Assembly: GCF_009914755.1 (NCBI RefSeq)
Contig: NC_060928.1
Strand: one strand, 5' to 3'
DNA: 64,000 nucleotides
Origin: the human T2T-CHM13v2.0 reference genome, Homo sapiens
This document shows positions 58,009 to 64,000 of the stretch, in pieces. Both the position numbers and the translations under genes were made by a program. Numbering within the stretch: position 1 is the first letter of the stretch; each line of letters starts with the position of its first letter. Under the pieces are notes generated by a model. That model had not been told where the DNA came from. It ran no database searches and saw only the letters and a program-made list of their open reading frames with translations.

Positions 58009-60730
58009 CATTTAAGCCTTTAATACATTTTGAATTGATTTTTGTTTGTGGTGAAAAATGTGGATTTAGTTTCATCCTTCTGCATATGGATATTTACTTT
58101 TTCCAGTATCATTTATTAGAGACTGTTCTTTCCCCAGTGTGTGTTCTTGATGCCCTTGTCGAAAATGAGTTGACTGTAATGAATGTGGATTTATTTCTGG
58201 GTTCTCTCTTTTGTTTCATTGGTCTGTGTGCCTGTTTTTATGCCAGTACCATGCTGTTTTATTACTGTAGCTTTGTAGTATAATTTAAAATAACTTTGTT
58301 TTATGCTTCCAGCTTCATTCTTTTAGCTCAGGATTGCTTTATCTACTCAGGGTCTTGTGTGGATCCATATGAAATTTAGGATTGCTTTTTCTATTTCTAC
58401 CAAAGAATGCCCTTGGTATTTTGATAGGGATTGAGTTAAATCTGTAGATTGCTTTGGGTAGTGTAGACATTTTAACAATACTTATTCTAATTCATGAGCA
58501 TGGGATATCTGTTCATTTTTTATGTGTGTCCTCTTTAGTTGTTTTCATCAATGTTTTATATAGTTTTCCTTGTAGAGATCTTTGACTTCTTTGGTCAAAG
58601 AAAATTTATTCCTAGGTTTTTGTTTGTTTGTTTTGAAGTTATTGTAAGTGGAATTGCTTTCTTGAGTTCTTTTTCAAATTAATTGCTATTGGTGTATAGA
58701 AGTGCTACTGATTTTTGTATGTTGATTGTGTATCTGGGAATTTACTGAGTTCATTAGTTCTAAGAGTCTTTTGGTGGAGTCTTTAGGTTTTTCTACATAT
58801 GAGATTATGTCATCTGCAAACAAGCACAATTTGACTTCTTCCTTTTCAATTCGAATGCCCTTTATTTCTTTCTCTTTCCTAATTTTGGCCAAAACTTGCA
58901 GTATTATGTTGAATAGAAGTGGTGAAAGTGGACATCTTTGCTTTGTTTCAGATCTTGGTGTAAAGGCTTTCCATTTTTCCCTGTTCCATATGATAGTAGC
59001 TATGGGCTTGTCATATATGCCCTTTATCAGATTGAAGTATGTTCCTTCAATACCCTGTTTATTGAAGGTTTTTATCATGAAGGGATGTTGAATTTTACCC
59101 AGTTTTTTCAGCATCTGTTGAAATGATCCTATGGTTTTTGTCCTTGATTCTGTTAATGCAGTGTTCAATGTTTATTGATTCGCATATGTTGGTTCATCCT
59201 TGCATCCCTGGGATGAATCCCACTTGATTGTGGTGAATGATCTTTTTAATGTATTATTGAGTTTGGTTTGCTAGTATTTTTTGAAGATTTTTAAATCTGT
59301 GTTTATCGGGGATATTGATAGTTTTTTTTATTTGTTTTGTCTTTGGTTTTGCTGTCATGGTAATGCTGCCTTCATTGAATAAATTTGAATGTATTCTCCC
59401 TTCATTTTTTTTGAAATATTAATAATTAGCAGAATTTATGTTAATTCTTTAAATGTTTGGTAGAATTCAGCAGAGAAGACATCAAATCCTGTGCTTTTCT
59501 TTGATGGGAGACTTTTTATTGCTTCAATCTTCTTGTTATTGCTTTTCTGTTTTTTTCATGGTTAAGTCTTGGTAAGTTGTGTCCAGGAATTTATTCAATT
59601 CTTTTAGATTTTCCCATTTGTTGGAGTATAGTTGTTCATAATAGTTTCTAATGATCCTTTGTATTTCTGTAGTATCAGTTGTAATTTTTTCTTTCTCTTC
59701 TCTGATTTTATTTATTTAGGTGTTCTTTTTTTTAGGTAGTCTAGCCAAAGCTTTGTTGATTTTATGGTTTCAAAAATCAGCTTTTCATTTGTTGATCTTT
59801 TATTTTTTTAGTCTGAATTTCATTTATTTCTGCTCTTTATTATTTGTTTTCTTGTAGTAATTTTGGGTTTGGTTTGTTCTTGCTTTTCTAGTTCCTTGAA
59901 GTACATTATTAGATTGTTTCTTTGAAGTCTTCATATTTCTTTGATTTGGGTGTTTAAGGCTTTAAACTTCCCTCTTAGTACTGCTTTTGTGTATCTGTAG
60001 ATTCTAGTATTTTGTGATTTATTTCACTGGTTTCAAGAAATTTTAAAATTTTCTTTTTTTTTGGTGGACTCATTGGGCATTCAGAAATATGAACTGTACA
60101 GAAACTGTACAGTTTCCAAAGTTGTTCTTGTTACTGATTTCTAGTTTTTGTTGTGGTGGTTGTGGTCAAAAAAGATGCTTGATATGATTTTGACTGTTTT
60201 GAATTTGTTGAGATTTATTTTGTGGTTAATGTATGGTCTATCCTGGATAATGTGCCATGTGCTGATAACAAGAATGTGTATATTCTGCAGCAGTTAGATG
60301 AAATGTTCCGTAAATGTCTGTTAGGTCCACTTGGTGTATAGTTTAACTCCAATGTTTGTTTGTTGATTTTTTGCCTGAACTGTTTGTTGCTCAAAGTGGG
60401 GCATTGCGGTCCCCTGCAATTATTTTATTGCAGTCATTGCAGTCTGTCTCTCTCGAGAGCTATTAATATTTGCTTTATATATTTGGGTGCTCCACTGTTG
60501 GGTGCATGTTTTTAATTTTGTTATATCTTCTTGCTGATTTGACTTTTCTAAATCATTATATAATGACTTTCTTTGTCTCTTTTTACAAGTTGTGACTTAA
60601 AATCTGTTTTATCTGATATAAATATAGCTACTCCTGCTTTTTTTTGGTCTCCATTTGCATGGAATATCATTTTCCATTCCTTCACTGTTAGTCTATATGT
60701 GCTGTTAGAGGTGAAGAGAGTTTCTTCTAG

Positions 60731-61028
<298 letters not shown>

Positions 61029-62682
61029 GGTCTTGTTTTTTAATCCATTCAGCCACTCTTGGTCTTTTTTAACTAGAGAATTTAGTCTATTTACATTCAA
61101 TTTTAATATTGATAGGCAAGGCCTTACTTTGACCATTTCGATACATTTTTTTTTTGGTATTATGTAACTCTTCTTTTCGTTTCCTTCTTTCTTACTGTCT
61201 TCTTTTGTGGCTGAGTGATTTTTCTCTGGTAGCATGTTTTAATTTGTTCTTTTTTATTTTTAGTGTATATATTATAGTTTTTAGCTTTGTAATTACCTTG
61301 AGTCTTATAAAAATATTATATTAATTATTTCAAACTGGTACCAACTTAACTTTGGTTGCAAGATAAGAAACAAATGAAAAGAAAAATTTGTACACCTTAA
61401 CTTCCTCTCCTCCAACATTTTGAATTTTTGATTTTACAACTTGCTGTTTTTATATTGCCTCTTAACAAATTGTACTTGTAATTATTTTTAATTGTTTTGT
61501 ATTTTCTTTTTACTAAAGATATAAGTGATTTAAGAACCATGATTATCATATTAGTATAACAATAACGTTAATGTTCTTTTCTTTTGGTTTGAAGAACTCT
61601 GATTAGCCTTTTTTATAGGACAGGTCTAGTAATAAATTTCCTCAGCTTTTTTTTTTTTTTTTTTTTTGGCCTGGGAAAGTCTTTATCTGGCCTTTATTTC
61701 TGAAGGATAGTTTTGCTGGGTACACTATTCTTCGTTAAGTTTTTTATTTTCTTTCAGCATTCTGAATAATTTCACTCCCTCCAACCCTAAGGTTCCCACT
61801 GAAAATTCTGCTGCCAAGTGTATTGGATCTCCCTTATATGTTATTTGTTTCTTTTCCTTTGCTGCTTTCAGGATCCTTTATCTTTGATCTGTGTGAGTTT
61901 AATTATAAATCTTGGGTTGTTTCTTATTTTGGAGAGGGAAAGTTGAGCCTGGTTGGTGACCTTTAACCTTCATGTACCTGGATATTTATATCTTTTCAAG
62001 CTTTGGAAAGTTTTTTGTATTTCTTTGAATAAGCTTTCTACCCCTTTGTCTTTCTCAGTTTTTTTCTTTCATTTCAGTAACCTGAATATTTGTTCTTTTG
62101 ATGTTGTCTCATAGCTCCCATAAACCGTTCATTTCTTTTCATTCCTTTTGCTTTTTTCTCCTCTGACTGTGTATTTTCAAATAGTTGGGCTTCAAGCTCA
62201 CTGATTCTTTCTTCCTTTTCATCAGTCCTGCTGTTGATATTCTCTATTCCATTTTTCATTTTGCTCATTGTATTTTCCAGCTCCACAATTTTTGTTTGAT
62301 TTTGTTTATGATTTCAGTATCTCTGTTAAATTTCCCTAATACATTTCTGAATCGATTCCGTCTGTTTTCTTGAAGTTCATTGAGCTCTCTTAAAACAGGT
62401 ATTTTGAATTCCTTGTCTGAAAGGTCACATATCTCTATCACTTTAGGGTTGGCCTCTGGTGCCTCATGTCCATTTGTTGAGATCATATTACCCAGAATCT
62501 TCTTGATGCTTGTGAAATTGCAGGCTGTCTGTGCATTGAGGGATTAAGTATTTATTTTACTCTTCACAGTCTTCCTTTGTTTGTGCCTGTCCTTCTTTAG
62601 AGACCTTCCAAGAATTCTAAGCCAACTGAGTATTGTGTTTCCTGAGCCTGTGACCACTTCAGCTATCTAAACACTAGGAGAC

Positions 62683-63229
62683 TGTATTAGGGTTCTCCAG
62701 AGGGACAGAACTAATAGGATTATGTGTATATGAAAAGGAGTTTATTAAGGAGAATTGACTCACATGATCACAAGTGAAAATCCCACAGTTGGCCATCTAT
62801 AAGCTGAGGAGCAATGAAACCAGTAGTGGCTCAGTTCAAGTCCCAAAGCCTCTAAGGTAGGGAAGCTGACAGTGTAGCCTTCAGTCTGTGGCTGAAGGCC
62901 TGAGAGCCAATGGCAAACCACTGGTGTAGGTCTGAGAGTCCAAAGGGTGAAGAATCTGGAGTTTGATATTCAAGGGCAGGAAGCATCCAGCACAGATGAA
63001 AGCCAGAAGACTCAGCAAGCCGGCTTATTTCATCTTCTTCCACCTGCTTTTTCTAGCCACACTGGCAGCAGATTGGATGGTACCCACCCAAACTGAGGGT
63101 GGGGCTTTGTCGCCCAGTCCACTGACCCAAGTGTTAATCTCCTCCGGCAACATCCTCATAGACCCAACCAGAAACAATATTTTGCATCCTTCAGTCCAAT
63201 CAAGTTGACAATTAATATTTACCATCACA
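62683..63229 (-). mobile_element. MLT2A (HERV-L) solo LTR with 5-bp TSD GAGAC
   Basis: tgtattagggttctccagagggacagaactaatagga...caagttgacaattaatatttaccatcaca; GAGAC at 62678-62682 and 63230-63234. Confidence 0.9.
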
Positions 63230-63389
63230 GAGACTCTCTGAGCCCAGGCTTGCCACAAATCTCACAGGATCTCTTTGGTTGATATGGCTTTCTGGCCCAG
63301 ATGGACCTGGGGTAGACCCAAGGCAGATACTCCGGCTGCGTGGAAATGCTGGCCAGGGATCTGAGTCCAGAAGACTGTCCCAATCACCC

Positions 63390-63900
63390 AGATGAGTGTG
63401 CCTTTCAGCATATTTCTGCACAGGCAGGATGGGCTGCTAACTGCAGTGAGAGGGCCTGGAGTTGAGACTGGGCTGCGTTGGGATCTGCTGTGTGAAGGAG
63501 ACTGGCCCCGACTTATTTGCTCATATCAGCATGCATCACTCAGCTGGTCATTGCAAAAGTGCTTGACTGTAACAGGGCGGTCTGGTACTGAGACTGGGCT
63601 CCCTTGGAATCTGCTGTGGGATGGAGGTTGGTGTTCTTGTCACATTGGCTCAGATGGGCATGTGTCTCCCAGCAGGTCCGTACATAGATGGGATAGCTCC
63701 CAGACTGCAGCAGGAGGGGCTGGAGCTAAGACTGGGCCCCCTTGGACTCTGCTGTAGGGACGGATTTGGAAAGCTTGTCTTGTTGGCTCAGAGTGGCATG
63801 CATCTCCCAGCAGGTCTCAGCACAGATAGGATAGTTCCTCTACTGCACTGGGCGGGGCTTAGACTGGGTCTCCTCAGGATATGTTGTGGGATAGAGGCTG
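63390..63900. repeat. About 4 diverged ~130-bp tandem monomers in the L1MA 5' region
   Basis: Recurring gactggg...ctgctgt...ggcatg...ctcccagcaggtc...gatag...actgca, with gactggg near 63466, 63592, 63730 and 63862. Confidence 0.7.
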
Positions 63901-64000
63901 GTGAGCATGTCGGGGAGGATCAGAGTCCCAGGCCATGAGATTTGTGTGAATCTCCCCCTGGTTTCTTGTGTAAGCAACTATAAGCTGGGACCTCAGCTAG

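Overview
Great-ape (most likely human) genomic DNA lying entirely inside the AFG2A/SPATA5 gene, transcribed on the + strand. The only protein-coding piece is one 210-bp phase-0 exon (38187-38396) encoding the start of the second AAA+ ATPase domain with its Walker A motif (GPPGCSKT). The rest is intron packed with transposable elements: a full-length L1PA3-type LINE-1 (-), an internally collapsed HERV-H/LTR7 provirus (-), a full-length SVA_D-like element (-), a 5'-truncated L1PA3 carrying an apparent 3' transduction (+), a coilin (COIL) processed pseudogene nested in a MER30 (+), a near-complete HSMAR2 mariner, a long L1MA, MaLR/ERVL LTRs, about 14 Alus, and microsatellites. Most notable: (1) the L1 ORF0 lies in the host-sense orientation and has a CAG|GTGGGA donor in frame with the AFG2A exon, so an ORF0-AFG2A(D2) fusion is possible; (2) the HERV-H keeps its promoter, PBS and splice donor but has lost the 3' LTR poly(A) signal; (3) the full-length L1 has no TSD and about 1.05 kb of its target is missing; (4) an L1 3' transduction; (5) a 120-bp template-switch scar that forms a 27-bp hairpin. 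Subfamily calls come from recalled consensus features, not from a database search.
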